This document shows positions 26,018 through 40,456 of a DNA stretch of 64,000 nucleotides, in pieces. Every line of letters begins with the position of its first letter. The stretch's first letter is position 1. The position numbers and the translations under genes are program-made. Origin of the DNA: Nemertoderma westbladi (taxonomy: Eukaryota > Animalia > Xenacoelomorpha); NCBI GenBank assembly GCA_032718475.1, contig JAUCBJ010001977.1, forward strand, positions 62,001-126,000. Reading direction: 5' to 3'. The notes beneath the pieces are model-generated. The model made no database searches. It was not told the DNA's origin and saw nothing but the letters and a program-made list of their open reading frames with translations.

Positions 26018-27135
26018 CTAGAAACGGGCCTAGCGGCCCGTGAAGGAACCGCTTGGTCAACCAAATTCAACTAAAACTAAGTCGTTATTCAAGTCGAGAT
26101 TTATCGAGTTTCAGTTTCGGCCAATCAGAGGGTCCCAATCTTAAACCACCGGTCTAACAGGGTCGTGACCCAATCAGGGTGTTGAGACTAAGGTGGGGGA
26201 TGTTCCTAGCGAGTATGGACGAGTTTTGTCAATTCTAGTCGAGATTTATCGAGTTTCAGTTTCGGCCAATCAGAGCGTCGCAATCTTAGACCCCCGGTCC
26301 AACCGGGTCGTGACCCAATCAGGGTGTTGAGACTAAGGTGGGGGATGTTCCTAGCGAGTATGGACGAGTTTTGTCAATTCTAGTCGAGATTTATCGAGTT
26401 TCAGTTTCGGCCAATCAGAGCGTCGCAATCTTAGACCCCCGGTCCAACCGGGTCGTGGCCCAACCAGGGTGTGAGACTAAGGTGGGGGATGTTCCTAGCG
26501 AGTATGGACGAGTTTTGTCAATTCTAGTCAAGATTTATCGAGTTTCAGTTTCGGCCAATCAGGGCGTCGCAATCTTAGACCCCCGGCCCAACCGGGTCGT
26601 GGCCCAACCAGGGTGTGAGACTAAGGTGGGGGATCTTCCTAGCGAGTATGGACGAGTTTTGTCAATTCTAGTCGAGATTTATCGAGTTTCAGTTTCGGCC
26701 AATCAGAGCGTCGCAATCTTAGACCCCCGGTCCAACCGGGTCGTGGCCCAACCAGGGTGTGAGACTAAGGTGGGGGATGTTCCTAGCGAGTATGGACGAG
26801 TTTTGTCAATTCTAGTCGAGATTTATCGAGTTTCAGTTTCGGCCAATCAGAGCGTCGCAATCTTAGACCCCCGGTCCAACCGGGTCGTGGCCCAACCAGG
26901 GTGTGAGACTAAGGTGGGGGATGTTCCTAGCGAGTATGGACGAGTTTTGTCAATTCTAGTCGAGATTTATCGAGTTTCAGTTTCGGCCAATCACAGCGTC
27001 CCATTCGTAGACCCCATGCCCCTTGGGTCTGAAAATTTGTGAGTGTCCTTACATTTGGCCTATGTATCTATTCATCTATCTATTCTATGTATCTATGTAC
27101 CCTCCTTACAGAAAGTAACCTGGCGGTTCCAAAAT
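26018..27135. mobile_element. HINE/DINE-1-like non-autonomous element with an internal 141-bp tandem array (~6.5 copies, ~26090-27000)
   Basis: actagaa plus hairpin acgggcc-tagc-ggcccgt, sub-terminal IR ggaaccgc (26045) / gcggttcc (27123), internal 141-bp repeats, and a (tcta)n-like tract at ~27060-27100. Confidence 0.65.
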
Positions 27136-27157
27136 AACTAACTGGAAACATACTAAC

Positions 27158-27343
27158 TGGATCTTGGTAGGGAAGTGTTAACCAATGGTCTGCATGGAAG
27201 CAACCATTCTCTGCAACGTGTTCCACCATATTCTCAACATTCTTAGCTTTCACGCTACTCGATATATTATTCTCCCCATCGGCATTGTCCAAGTATTCAA
27301 GGTCGAAAACATCAACGTGGTAAGGATCGGTAACGAATCCAAG
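27158..27343 (-). CDS. CACNA2D: alpha2delta exon (LGFVTDPYHVDVFDLEYLDNADGENN...WLTLPYQDP)
   Basis: Acceptor ttattatgctcag, donor gttagt; 186 nt, phase 0/0. VDVFDLE matches the LDFLDAE motif that follows HPxL in alpha2delta. Confidence 0.85.
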
Positions 27344-27604
27344 CTGAGCATAATAAATACGATGGTTGTAACATTTTTACCATACCATAATACCATAATA
27401 AGGCTCAAAACCCAAGAAAGTGGCCAAAACAATAATTATAAAAAAGTACCGGTACCCAATCAAAATATAGAAAACTATATATTTTTTCTAAGGAGATTTT
27501 TGGAATATAATTTAAAGTGAATCCCACTGACTGTAAAGCCAAGTAATTCATACTATATTGATAAATTAAATACATGGAGTTAATTGGGCTTTATAGACTT
27601 CAAA

Positions 27605-29094
27605 TAGGGGATGTCCCGGAATCGATATTTTGATTCCGCCCGGAACCGGAACCGGAATTCAACATGCCGTAATTTTATATATAATTAGTTTAATACACTA
27701 AATTACCCATGAAACTTTATAATTTTTTTTGCAAAATTATATAAATTTTTTATAATTCTAAATTTACTAATGAAATCAATCAACCTTGGGGGGATTTTGG
27801 TGATGGGTGTAGTGGAGTGTGGCCTGTCCCGGAAGCAGGATAAATTTATTACGGGGCGGTACTTAGACCTTAGTTTAACCCTATCTGGCCAGGTCTATTT
27901 TTGCCAATTAACTGGCCCTCTAGGGGGTTGTCATTTTGGAAATATTTTATATCTTGGCTGAAAAGTTACAATTTCGATGTTATAAGAGTTTTCGAGGTCT
28001 CTGATCACGATTGAACTTGTGAAAATATTTTACGGTAACCATCAAATTTTTATCAATTTGTGCTACTTTTATTTTTCGTGCCAAATTGGAAATTTTTTAA
28101 GAATAAAAAGTACCATAATCAATCGGAAAATAAATTTTTTAGTGTCATATACGAATTCAGGTAGCAGAAATAAAACCCATAAGGCCATAAAATCAGGTTG
28201 ATTTGTTAATGATATATAATTATAAAAAGTTCTACTTGTATTTTTCGAGCCACTTTGGCGCATGTTCAAAAATGCCACACTGAATCGGATACGATATGAT
28301 ATGATATGAGTGCCATATTCATCAGCATTCTGGAAAACTCCTAATGTCAAAAAATTAGTTGATTTGGTGGTGATTTTTCATTATCATATTCGCACAACTT
28401 GTTTTTTTCGTGCCCCGGGGGCACATTTAACATTTCTATGAACTTTCTTGAATGTTATATTCGAGTTCATTAATCGTGATCAGCATCTAAAAAACCGAGC
28501 CATATACCGCAAATAAATTAATTTTAGCGAGCCATTAAAACTTACAAAATGTTCGCACGAAAAATATTGGAGATGGGTATTGAGGATGGTACCACAGCAC
28601 AAAATCTAACATATAGAGAGCTATGTTTTTGGTGTTTGCACTGGTGGATATCCCATTAAATTTTAGGCCCACCAAACCTGGCTCAAAGATATAGATGAAT
28701 TACAAGTAAATTTATAAAATGACCAGACTACCCCCCTGGCCAAATATGATTAAACGTAAACGACAGGGAATTCAATTTAATTGGTTTCCAAAATCCTAAC
28801 GTAAGTATCATAAAGGACCCCCTTGAAAATAAGCTGCAAAGATTTGGCGATATACCTATGTTATGTTGGACAATACATATTATACATATAATATTGTTAT
28901 TGTTTTTACTTAATGTATACATAATGTGTGATAATACTTTCACAAACTAATTGCAACTACCAAACTAGATAGCAACCTGATAATTCCGGTAAAATTCCGG
29001 CCGGAATTGACCCCATTCCGGCAATTCCGGCCGGAACCGGAATCGGACAAAAACCGCCGGAATTCCGGCAGGAACGGAATTCCGGGACATCCTA
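27605..29094. mobile_element. hAT-like non-autonomous DNA transposon
   Basis: TIR taggggatgtcccggaat / attccgggacatccta; clustered sub-terminal ccggaa motifs at both ends; direct repeat cttcaaa(t) on both flanks (7-9 bp depending on end placement). Confidence 0.75.
27879..28749. mobile_element. Putative piggyBac-like MITE nested in the hAT-like element
   Basis: ttaa|ccctatctggccagg at left; degenerate inverted copy cctggccaaatatga|ttaa at right. Confidence 0.45.
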
Positions 29095-29770
29095 CTTCAA
29101 ATATATTTTTGGTTTAATATTAGTACGAACAAGTCCGTATCAACGATACGTTTGGAAGTTCTTCACGGTTTTTGATGACATTTGTTTTATCTTTTACTTC
29201 AATGATTATAGATTAATATTAAATCAATATTTTTTGAGATCATCTACACACCTCAGCGGTAGTGCGTTGATTAGGCTTAAAAATTGTACCGCTTAAAAAT
29301 TCAGTGACGGACCAATTCTGTTGACGCACTAGTTAACCAAACACCCCAAATTGGAAATATCACAAAAAAATATTTAAAAACACGTTAACAATTTTCCAAA
29401 AACTTTGTATTTTGAAACGACCTGCAGACTGAAGTATAAAAAGGTTACATAAATGAGGTAATGGTATAATGAATTATCAAATATGATTTGAAGTTGAACA
29501 ACCAAATATGGTGAAAATTTACAATAGTAAACCAAAATATTATCGAAATTTATGCGAGCATTTAACAATGCAGTTTTATAGAACCTGTAACAAGGACATC
29601 ATCCGCTCAGCGCTCAATACATATCAGCTTGGAGAATGAAGTTATGCACAATTAGTGGTATTTAAAACAGCTTCATACGACGATGTGTGTAAAAGGTGTC
29701 AAAAACAGTAGAAGAGCAATAGTGACAATTGTAAATGCAGTGCATTAAGTGCCGTGGTGCACACACATTA

Positions 29771-31809
29771 AGGCCCGTTTTAGAATTAGTTACACATATG
29801 TACACATGCTAGCAGCTGTTGAACGTAAATAATTTATTGTCCCTGAGTCGAAATCGCTGGTGCAGCAAAGTTTACATGTTGGTACACCTGGGTTGGGTAC
29901 GCCATAGTGACGGCTGGTGCAGCTAAGTTTACATGTGGGTACACCTGGGTTGGGTACGCCATAGTGACGGCTGCTGCAGCTAAGTTTACATGTTGGTACA
30001 CCTGGGTTGGGTACGCTGTAGTGACGGCTGGTGCAGCTAAGTTTATGTGGGTACACCTGGGTTGGGTACGCTGTATAGTGACGGCTGGTGCAGCTAAGTT
30101 TACATGTTGGTACACCTGGGTTGGGTACGCTGTAGTGACGCCTGGTGCAGCTAAGTCTACATGTGGGTACACCTGGGTTGGGTACGCGGTAGTGACGGCT
30201 GGTGCAGCTAAGTTTACATGTGGGTACACCTGGGTTGGGTACGCCATAGTGACGGCTGCTGCAGCTAAGTTTACATGTTGGTACACCTGGGTTGGGTACG
30301 CTGTAGTGACGGCTGGTGCAGCTAAGTTTATGTGGGTACACCTGGGTTGGGTACGCTGTAGTGACGGCTGGTGCAGCTAAGTTTACATGTTGGTACACCT
30401 GGGTTGGGTACGCTGTAGTGACGGCTGGTGCAGCTAAGTTTACATGTTGGTACACCTGGGTTGGGTACGCGGTAGTGACGGCTGGTGCAGCTAAGTTTAC
30501 ATGTTGGTACACCTGGGTTGGGTACGCGGTAGTGACGGCTGGTGCAGCTAAGTTTATGTGGGTACACCTGGGTTGGGTACGCTGTAGTGACGCCTGGTGC
30601 AGCTAAGTCTACATGTGGGTACACCTGGGTTGGGTACGCTGTAGTGACGGCTGGGGCAGCTAAGTCTACATGTGGGTACACCTGGGTTGGGTACGCGGTA
30701 GTGACGGCTGGTGCAGCTAAGTCTACATGTGGGTACACCTGGGTTGGGTACGCTATAGTGACGGCTGGGGCAGCTAAGTCTACATGTGGGTACACCTGGG
30801 TTGGGTACGCGGTAGTGACGGCTGGTGCAGCTAAGTCTACATGTGGGTACACCTGGGTTGGGTACGCGGTAGTGACGGCTGGTGCAGCTAAGTTTATGTG
30901 GGTACACCTGGGTTGGGTACGCGGTAGTGACGGCTGCTGCAGCTAAGTTTACATGTTGGTACACCTGGGTTGGGTACGCTGTAGTGACGGCTGGTGCAGC
31001 TAAGTTTATGTGGGTACACCTGGGTTGGGTACGCTGTATAGTGACGGCTGGTGCAGCTAAGTTTACATGTTGGTACACCTGGGTTGGGTACGCTGTAGTG
31101 ACGGCTGGTGCAGCTAAGTTTACATGTTGGTACACCTGGGTTGGGTACGCGGTAGTGACGGCTGGTGCAGCTAAGTTTACATGTTGGTACACCTGGGTTG
31201 GGTACGCGGTAGTGACGGCTGGTGCAGCTAAGTTTATGTGGGTACACCTGGGTTGGGTACGCTGTAGTGACGCCTGGTGCAGCTAAGTCTACATGTGGGT
31301 ACACCTGGGTTGGGTACGCGGTAGTGACGGCTGGTGCAGCTAAGTCTACATGTGGGTACACCTGGGTTGGGTACGCGGTAGTGACGGCTGGTGCAGCTAA
31401 GTTTATGTGGGTACACCTGGGTTGGGTACGCGGTAGTGACGGCTGGTGCAGCTAAGTTTACATGTTGGTACACCTGGGTTGGGTACGCGGTAGTGACGGC
31501 TGGTGCAGCTAAGTTTATGTGGGTACACCTGGGTTGGGTACGCGGTAGTGACGGCTGGTGCAGCTAAGTCTACATGTTGGTACACCTGGGTTGGGTACGC
31601 TATAGTGACGGCTGGTGGAGCTAAGTTTACATGTGGGTACACCTGGGTTGGGTACGCGGTAGTGACGGCTGGTGCAGCTAAGTTTACATGTTGGTACACC
31701 TGGGTTGGGTACGCTATAGTGACGGCTGGTGGAGCTAAGTTTACATGTGGGTACACCTGGGTTGGGTCGCTATAGTGACGGCTGGTGCAGCTAATTTAAA
31801 AACGGGCCT
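29771..31809. mobile_element. PIF/Harbinger-like MITE inflated by an internal 57-bp minisatellite
   Basis: TIR aggcccgttttagaattagttacac / gtgcagctaatttaaaaacgggcct; TWA-like left flank; imperfect TSD. Confidence 0.65.
29857..31795. repeat. Minisatellite, 57-bp (55-bp variant) unit gtgacggctggtgcagctaagtttacatgttggtacacctgggttgggtacgcggta
   Basis: Direct tandem repeat, ~34 copies. Confidence 0.96.
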
Positions 31810-33396
31810 TTGGGCAGCTCAACAAAGTCCGAAACAATCAATAGATCGTTTGAGAAAAGCGAAATAAGAATATTTAATAGGAAAATGTTGCCATTAAATA
31901 GGAAGTCGCTGTTAGCGCGTCTGTTGCTATAGGTATATTGAAAACAGTTTTATAAAATATATAAATAACAGCCAATAGGAATATGGAAACAAATAGCTCA
32001 TGCTAGGTCAATAGTTGTAACCAAGGACCCATCCACACTGATTGGCTAAAGAGGACCGACCATGCAAGTAACGGCGTACTTACACGACCCATTCTCAAGA
32101 GTTTAGCGAAGATTTCTATCAGATTCTATTTAAATAAAGTTACAATTACTGAAGCAAACCGCACAATTATAGGAAAATTACCGGTAGTTTTTCTAAAATG
32201 ATCGGGTACGTATATGCAGGTAATGGCGCGATATACTAACTCTGGGTCCGATATACTAATTCTGTGTACGATATACTAACTCTGGGTCCGATATACTAAC
32301 TCTGGGTACGATATACTAACTCTGGGTCCGATATACTAACTCTGGGTCCGATATACTAACTCTGGGTCCGATATACTAACTCTGGGTACGATATACTAAC
32401 TCTGGGTCCGATATACTAACTCTGTGTACGATATACTAACTCTGGGTCCGATATACTAACTCTGGGTACGATATACTAACTCTGGGTACGATATACTAAC
32501 TCTGGGTCCGATATACTAACTCTGGGTCCGATATACTAACTCTGGGTCCGATATACTAACTCTGGGTCCGATATACTAACTCTGGGTACGATATACTAAC
32601 TCTGGGTCCGATATACTAACTCTGGGTCCGATATACTAACTCTGGGTACGATATACTAACTCTGGGTCCGATATACTAACTCTGGGTCCGATATACTAAC
32701 TCTGTGTACGATATACTAACTCTGGGTCCGATACACTAACTATGGGTCCGATATACTAACTCTGGGTCCGATATACTAACTCTGGGTCCGATATACTAAC
32801 TCTGGGTCCGATATACTAACTCTGGGTCCGATATACTAACTCTGGGTACGATATACTAACTCTGGGTCCGATATACTAACTCTGGGTCCGATATACTAAC
32901 TCTGGGTACGATATACTAACTCTGGGTCCGATATACTAACTCTGGGTCCGATATACTAACTCTGTGTACGATATACTAACTCTGGGTCCGATATACTAAC
33001 TCTGGATCCGATATACTAACTCTGGGTCCGATACACTAACTCTGGGTCCGATACACTAACTATGGGTCCGATATACTAACTCTGGGTCCGATATACTAAC
33101 TGTGGGTCCGATATACTAACTCTGGGTCCGATATACTAACTATGGGTCCGATATACTAACTCTGGGTACGATATACTAACTCTGGGTCCGATATACTAAC
33201 TCTGGGTCCGATATACTAACTCTGTGTACGATATACTAACTCTGGGTCCGATATACTAACTCTGGGTCCGATATACTAACTCTGGGTCCGATATACTAAC
33301 TCTGGGTCCGATATACTAACTCTGTGTACGATATACTAACTCTGGGTCCGATACACTAACTCTGGGTCCGATACACTAACTATGGGGCCGATATAC

Positions 33397-34514
33397 CTGC
33401 ACTTTCATTATATGGGATTCCTGATGAAATTATTGCAGCAATCAGATCAGTATATGATGGTTCGACAACATTTGTGTCTACTGTTGACGGTGACACAGAA
33501 CCATTTGAAGTGTTATGGGGCGTCCTCCAAGGAGACACACTTGCACCATTCTTGTTCATTATTGTGGTTGACTATGTTCTACGCATGTCCTTAGATCATT
33601 ATAATGATGATGGGGTGATGATAACTCCACCTACTGGCTCCAGAAGTCGAGGAAATCCTGCCAAGTACCTAACTGATCTAGACTTTGCTGATGACTTAGG
33701 AGTACTCTCAGAATCATTAGAGGGAGCCCAACGGCTCCTCAGCTCATTAGAACATGCTGCTTCTAGTGTTGGTCTTTTTATTAACTCCAAAAAGACCAAA
33801 ATTCTGACAGTTAACTTTGAAAGTCCTCAGCAAGTCTCTGATCGGATGAGCATAAGCTCAAAGGATGGTATGCTTGAGCATGTGGACGACTTCTGTTACC
33901 TGGGATCATGGATCCGGAAGTCAGGTGAGGACCTTCGAATACGTAAGGGAAAGGCATGGGCAGCCTTGAATAGGCTTTCCAGGATTTGGAAGTCACCGAG
34001 AATTAATCGGAAACTTAAGGTCCGATTATTTAGAGCAGCAGTAGTTCCAGTACTCCTCTACGGGAGTCCATGCTGGGCTCTAACTGCTGAGGACACCAAA
34101 TCTCTGGATGGCACATTCACAAGAATGCTACGCCGGGTTCATTGTGTCAAGTACAATGCACACATCTCCAACCAGACACTATATAACATTGGAGGTGTCT
34201 CATTGGTTCCCCCAAGCTTGACACTAGAACAAAATCGCCTCCGCTTTGCAGGACATTGCTTTCGCCGTGAGGACCAGCCAGTGCATAATCTTGTACTTTG
34301 GCAGCCTCATGGAGTGAATAAGCATGGCGGACAGCCCATGACTTTCTTGAGACGCATCTTAAAGGACACTGGCCTTAAAGATGCGGACGATCTAGCAAAT
34401 GTCATGGGTGATAGGGAGTTGTGGCGGTGCAATTTTGTTGACAAGCCGGCACAGCATTCTTAAAAATGCAGCTGCAATGCAGCATGCCGATCCTAGTAGT
34501 AGTAGTAGTAGTAG
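33397..34514 (+). mobile_element. 5'-truncated RTE-clade non-LTR retrotransposon with (TAG)n tail
   Basis: Open frame from the junction: YGIP...GVLQGDTLAP...DLDFADD...FCYLGS...LLYGS.CW...RLRFAGH. Short 3'UTR, (tag)8 tail, TSD ccgatatac (about 9-11 bp). Confidence 0.92.
33399..34463 (+). CDS. Reverse transcriptase, C-terminal part (RTE-like), uninterrupted
   Basis: RT motifs QGDxLAP, FADD, YLG; no stops or frameshifts. Confidence 0.88.
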   Translation, partial: ALSLYGIPDEIIAAIRSVYDGSTTFVSTVDGDTEPFEVLWGVLQGDTLAPFLFIIVVDYVLRMSLDHYNDDGVMITPPTGSRSRGNPAKYLTDLDFADDLGVLSESLEGAQRLLSSLEHAASSVGLFINSKKTKILTVNFESPQQVSDRMSISSKDGMLEHVDDFCYLGSWIRKSGEDLRIRKGKAWAALNRLSRIWKSPRINRKLKVRLFRAAVVPVLLYGSPCWALTAEDTKSLDGTFTRMLRRVHCVKYNAHISNQTLYNIGGVSLVPPSLTLEQNRLRFAGHCFRREDQPVHNLVLWQPHGVNKHGGQPMTFLRRILKDTGLKDADDLANVMGDRELWRCNFVDKPAQHS

Positions 34515-37500
34515 TCCGATATACTAACTCTGTGTACGATATACTAACTCTGGGTCCGATATACTAACTGTGGGTCCGATATACTAACTCTGGGTCCGAT
34601 ATACTAACTCTGTGTACGATATACTAACTCTGGGTCCGATATACTAACTCTGGGTCCGATATACTAACTCTGGGGGTACGATACACTAACTATGGGTCCG
34701 ATACACTAACTATGGGTCCGATATACTAACTCTGTGTACGATATACTAACTCTGGGTCCGATATACTAACTCTGGGTCCGATATACTAACTCTGGGTAAG
34801 ATATACTAACTCTGGATCCGATATACTAATTCTGGGTCCGATAAACTAACTCTGGGTCCGATATACTAACTCTGGGTCCGATATACTAACTCTGGGTCCG
34901 ATATACTACCTCTGGGTCCGATACACTAACTATGGGTCCGATACACTAACTCTGGGTCCGATATACTAACTCTGTGTACGATATACTAACTCTGGGTAAG
35001 ATATACTAACTCTGGATCCGATATACTAATTCTGGGTCCGATACACTAACTCTGGGTCCGATACACTAACTATGGGTCCGATATACTAACTCTGTGTACG
35101 ATATACTAACTCTGGGTCCGATACACTAACTATGGGTCCGATATACTAACTGTGGGTCCGATATACTAACTCTGGGTCCGATTTACTAACTCTGGGGGTA
35201 CGATACACTAACTATGGGTCCGATACACTAACTATGGGTCCGATATACTAACTCTGTGTACGATATACTAACTCTGGGTCCGATATACTAACTCTGGGTC
35301 CGATATACTAACTCTGGGTAAGATATACTAACTCTGGATCCGATATACTAATTCTGGGTCCGATAAACTAACTCTGGGTCCGATATACTAACTCTGGGTC
35401 CGATATACTAACTCTGGGTCCGATATACTACCTCTGGGTCCGATACACTAACTATGGGTCCGATACACTAACTCTGGGTCCGATATACTAACTCTGTGTA
35501 CGATATACTAACTCTGGGTAAGATATACTAACTCTGGATCCGATATACTAATTCTGGGTCCGATAAACTAACTCTGGGTCCGATATACTAACTCTGGGTC
35601 CGATATACTAACTCTGGGTCCGATTTACTAACTCTGGGGGTACGATACACTAACTATGGGTCCGATACACTAACTATGGGTCCGATATACTAACTCTGTG
35701 TACGATATACTAACTCTGGGTCCGATATACTAACTCTGGGTCCGATATACTAACTCTGGGTAAGATATACTAACTCTGGATCCGATATACTAATTCTGGG
35801 TCCGATAAACTAACTCTGGGTCCGATATACTAACTCTGGGTCCGATATACTAACTCTGTGTACGATATACTAACTCTGGGTCCGATATACTAACTCTGGG
35901 TCCGATATACTAACTTTGGGTCCGATATACTAACTCTGGGTAAGATATACTAACTCTGTGTCCGATATACTAACTCTGGGTTCGATATACTAACTCTGGG
36001 TCCGATATACTAACTCTGGGTCCGATATACTAACTCTGGGTCCGATACACTAACTATGGGTCCGATATACTAACTGTGGGTCCGATATACTAACTCTGGA
36101 TCCGATATACTAATTCTGGGTCCGATATACTAACTCTGGATCCGATATACTAACTCTGGGTCCGATATACTAACTCTGGGTCCGATATACTAACTCTGGG
36201 TCCGATACACTAACTATGGGTCCGATATACTAACTCTGTGTACGATATACTAACTCTGGATACGATATACTAACTCTGGGTCCGATATACTAACTCTGAA
36301 TCCGATATACTAACTCTGGGTCCGATATACTAACTGTGGGTCCGATATACTAACTTTGGGTCCGATACACTAACTGTGGGTCCGATATACTAACTCTGTG
36401 TACGATATACTAACTCTGGATACGATATACTAACTCTGGGTCCGATATACTAACTCTGAATCCGATATACTAACTCTGGGTCCGATATACTAACTGTGGG
36501 TCCGATATACTAACTCTGGGTCCGATATACTACCTCTGGGACCGATATACTAACTCTGGGTCCGTTATACTAACTCTGGGTCCGTTATACTAACTCTGGG
36601 TCCGTTATACTAACTCTGGGTCCGTTATACTAATTCTGGGTCCGACATACTAACTCTGGATCCGATATACTAACTCTGGGTCCGATGTACTAACTCTGGG
36701 TCCGATATACTAACTGTGGGTCCGATATACTAACTCTGGGTCCGATATACTAACTCTGGGTCCGATATACTAACTCTGGGTCCGATATACTAACTCTGGG
36801 TCCGATATACTAACTTTGGGTCCGATATACTAACTCTGGGTCCGATATACTAACTGTGGGTCCGATATACTAACTGTGGGTCCGATATACTAACTCTGGG
36901 TCCGATATACTAACTCTGTGTCCGATGTACTAACTCTGGGTCCGATATACTAACTATGGGTCCGATATACTAACTCTGGGTACGATATACTAACTCTGGG
37001 TCCGATATACTAACTCTGTGTACGATATACTAACTCTGGGTCCGATATACTAACTCTGGGTCCGATACACTAACTCTGGGTCCGATACACTAACTATGGG
37101 TCCGATATACTAACTCTGTGTACGATATACTAACTCTGGGTCCGATACACTAACTATGGGTCCGATATACTAACTGTGGGTCCGATATACTAACTCTGGG
37201 TCCGATATACTAACTCTGGGTCCGATATACTAACTCTGGGTACGATATACTAACTCTGGATCCGATATACTAACTCTGGGTCCGATTTACTAACTCTGGG
37301 GGTACGATACACTAACTATGGGTCCGATACACTATGGGTCCGATACACTAACTATGGGTCCGATATACTAACTCTGGGTCCGATACACTAACTCTGGGTC
37401 CGATACACTAACTATGGGTCCGATATACTAACTCTGTGTACGATATACTAACTCTGGGTCCGATACACTAACTCTGGGTCCGATATACTAACTCTGGGTC

Positions 37501-39237
37501 CGATATACTAACTCTGGGTACGATATACTAACTCTGGATCCGATATACTAACTCTGGGTCCGATTTACTAACTCTGGGGGTACGATACACTAACTATGGG
37601 TCCGATACACTAACTATGGGTCCGATATACTAACTCTGTGTACGATATACTAACTCTGGGTCCGATATACTAACTCTGGGTCCGATATACTAACTCTGGG
37701 TCCGATATACTAACTCTGGATCCGATATACTAACTGTGGGTCCGATATACTAACTCTGTGTACGATATACTAACTCTGGGTCCGATACACTAACTCTGAG
37801 TCCGATACACTAACTATGGGTCCGATATACTAACTCTGTGTACGATATACTAACTATGGGTCCGATACACTAACTCTGAGTCCGATACACTAACTATGGG
37901 TCCGATATACTAACTCTGTGTACGATATACTAACTCTGGGTCCGATACACTAACTCTGGGTCCGATATACTAACTCTGGGTCCGATATACTAACTGTGGG
38001 TCCGATATACTAACTCTGTGTACGATATACTAACTCTGGGTCCGATACACTAACTCTGAGTCCGATACACTAACTATGGGTCCGATATACTAACTCTGTG
38101 TACGATATACTAACTCTGGGTCCGATACACTAACTATGGGTCCGATATACTAACTGTGGGTCCGATATACTAACTCTGGGTCCGATTTACTAACTCTGGG
38201 GGTACGATATACTAACTATGGGTCCGATACACTAACTATGGGTCCGATATACTAACTCTGTGTACGATATACTAACTCTGGGTCCGATATACTAACTCTG
38301 GGTCCGATATACTAACTCTGGGTCCGATATACTAACTCTGGGTCCGATATACTAACTCTGGGTCCGATATACTAACTCTGGGTCCGATATACTAACTATG
38401 GGTCCGATATACTAACTATGGGTCCGATATACTAACTCTGGGTCCGATATACTAACTCTGGGTCCGATATACTAACTATGGGTCCGATATACTAACTATG
38501 GGTCCGATATACTAACTCTGGGTCCGATATACTAACTGTGGGTCCGATATACTAACACATGACAGATGGCGCCGACAGTGGGGTGGGTGGTAACCACATG
38601 AGACTAAATTAAGTGACATGCTACATGTCGTCAGTATATTAATTGGGGAGGGAGTGAGTTGGGGTACCTAAATTATAATGCTTTATATTCTCATAAATTC
38701 TCATGACTCCACTATAAGTCGCCAGTCAAATAGTTATGACGATACATGCAAAAAGGATGAAAAAACTATTAAGGGAGATTTCATAAAGAAAAACAATGAC
38801 AACTGGTATGTAACGAATCTACGAAAATTAATCATAAGCCGTCCATCAAGATTTATCGATTAAATTATGAAGCCAACGAAGAAGCAATGGGTTAGTCTAT
38901 TCATACAATGAAAGCGTACGTGTACCAACAATATGGACGACTCAATCACTACAGGTTAAACATAATGTTAATGGTAGTCATGGCAAATACTGATTTTCTT
39001 ACTTACTGGTTGCCATGGCACCTACCAATGGAGACGCAGGCAACAGGCCCTGAATGCAACAGAAAGAAAATGTTAGTACCGGGTCCACAAAAAGTTAGCG
39101 CGAAATAATATCAATATAAATAATATTATTAGATTATTGGAATCTACTTCTATAAATAATAAATAATATGACGGACATGTTAGAAAGCCTATTTTAGATT
39201 TCAATTTAATCAATTGACTTTATTCTGCGTGTACTCT

Positions 39238-40420
39238 AGGTAGGCTTTACTGTGTACTGATACTGCTTTACAGTAGGTAGGCTTTACTGTGTACTGATGT
39301 ACTGATACTGCTTTACAGTAGGTAGGCTTTACTGTGTACTGATACTGCCGTTGGTAGGCTTTACTGTGTACTGATACTGCTTTACAGTAGGTAGGCTTTA
39401 CTGTCTACTGATACTGCCGTTGGTAGGCTTTACTGTGTACTGATACTGCTTTACAGTAGGTAGGCCTTACTGTGTACCTATACTGCTGTTGGTAGGCTTT
39501 ACTGTGTACTGATACTGCTTTACAGTAGGTAGGCCTTACTGTGTACTGATACTGCTGTTGGTAGGCTTTACTGTGTACTGATACAGCTTTACATTAGGTA
39601 GGCTTTACTGTGTACTGATACTGCTGTTGGTAGGCTTTACTGTGTACTTATACTGCTGCAGGTAGGCTTTACTGTGTACTGATACTGCTTTACAGTAGGT
39701 AGGCTTTACTGTCTACTGATACTGCCGTTGGTAGGCTTTACTGTGTACTGATACTGCTTTACAGTAGGTAGGCCTTACTGTGTACCTATACTGCTGTTGG
39801 TAGGCTTTACTGTGTACTGATACTGCTTTACAGTAGGTAGGCCTTACTGTGTACTGATACTGCTGTTGGTAGGCTTTACTGTGTACTGATACTGCTTTGC
39901 AGTAGGTATGCTTTACTGTATACTGATACTGCTGTTGGTAGGCTTTACTGTATACTGATACTGCTGTTGGTAGGCTTTACTGTATACTGATACTGCTGCA
40001 GGACGGCTTTACTGTATACTGATACTGCTGTTGTTAGGCTTTACTGTGTACTGATACTCCTGCAGGACGGCTGTACTGTGTACTGATACTGCTGTTTGTA
40101 AGCTTTACTGTGTACTGATACTGCTGTTTGTAAGCTTTACTGTGTACTGATACTGCTGTTGGTAGGCTTTACTGTGTTCTGATACTGCTGTTTGTAAGTT
40201 TTACTGTGTACTGATACTGCTGTTGGTAGGCTTTACTGTGTTCTGATACTGCTTTACCATAGGTAGGCGTTACTGTGTGCTGTTACCATAGGAAGTGCTG
40301 AACGTAAGCTTTACTGTGTACCTGATCCTGCTGCAGGTAGGTTTTACTGTGTAATGATACTGCTGCACGTAAGATTTACTGAGTACTGATACTGCTGTGG
40401 GTAGGTTTTATTGTCTACCG
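39238..40420. repeat. Degenerating minisatellite, 32/37-bp units taggctttactgtgtactgatactgct(gttgg/ttacagtagg)
   Basis: Tandem repeats that diverge progressively towards the right end. Confidence 0.9.
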
Positions 40421-40456
40421 ATAATGATGTGATATATTAGGGACACTACCGATAAT

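Larger units (their letters stand above)
32229..38556. repeat. Minisatellite, 20-bp unit cgatatactaactctgggtc, interrupted by an RTE insertion
   Basis: Arrays at 32229-33396 and 34515-38556, with recurring blocks of variant units. Confidence 0.97.

Noticed and set aside
26338-27042. 234-aa ORF with 47-aa repeats
   Set aside because: 141-bp tandem core of a non-autonomous element; GTG start and no recognisable domain.
29790-31775. Overlapping repetitive ORFs on both strands
   Set aside because: Translation of the 57-bp minisatellite with frequent 2-bp frameshifts.
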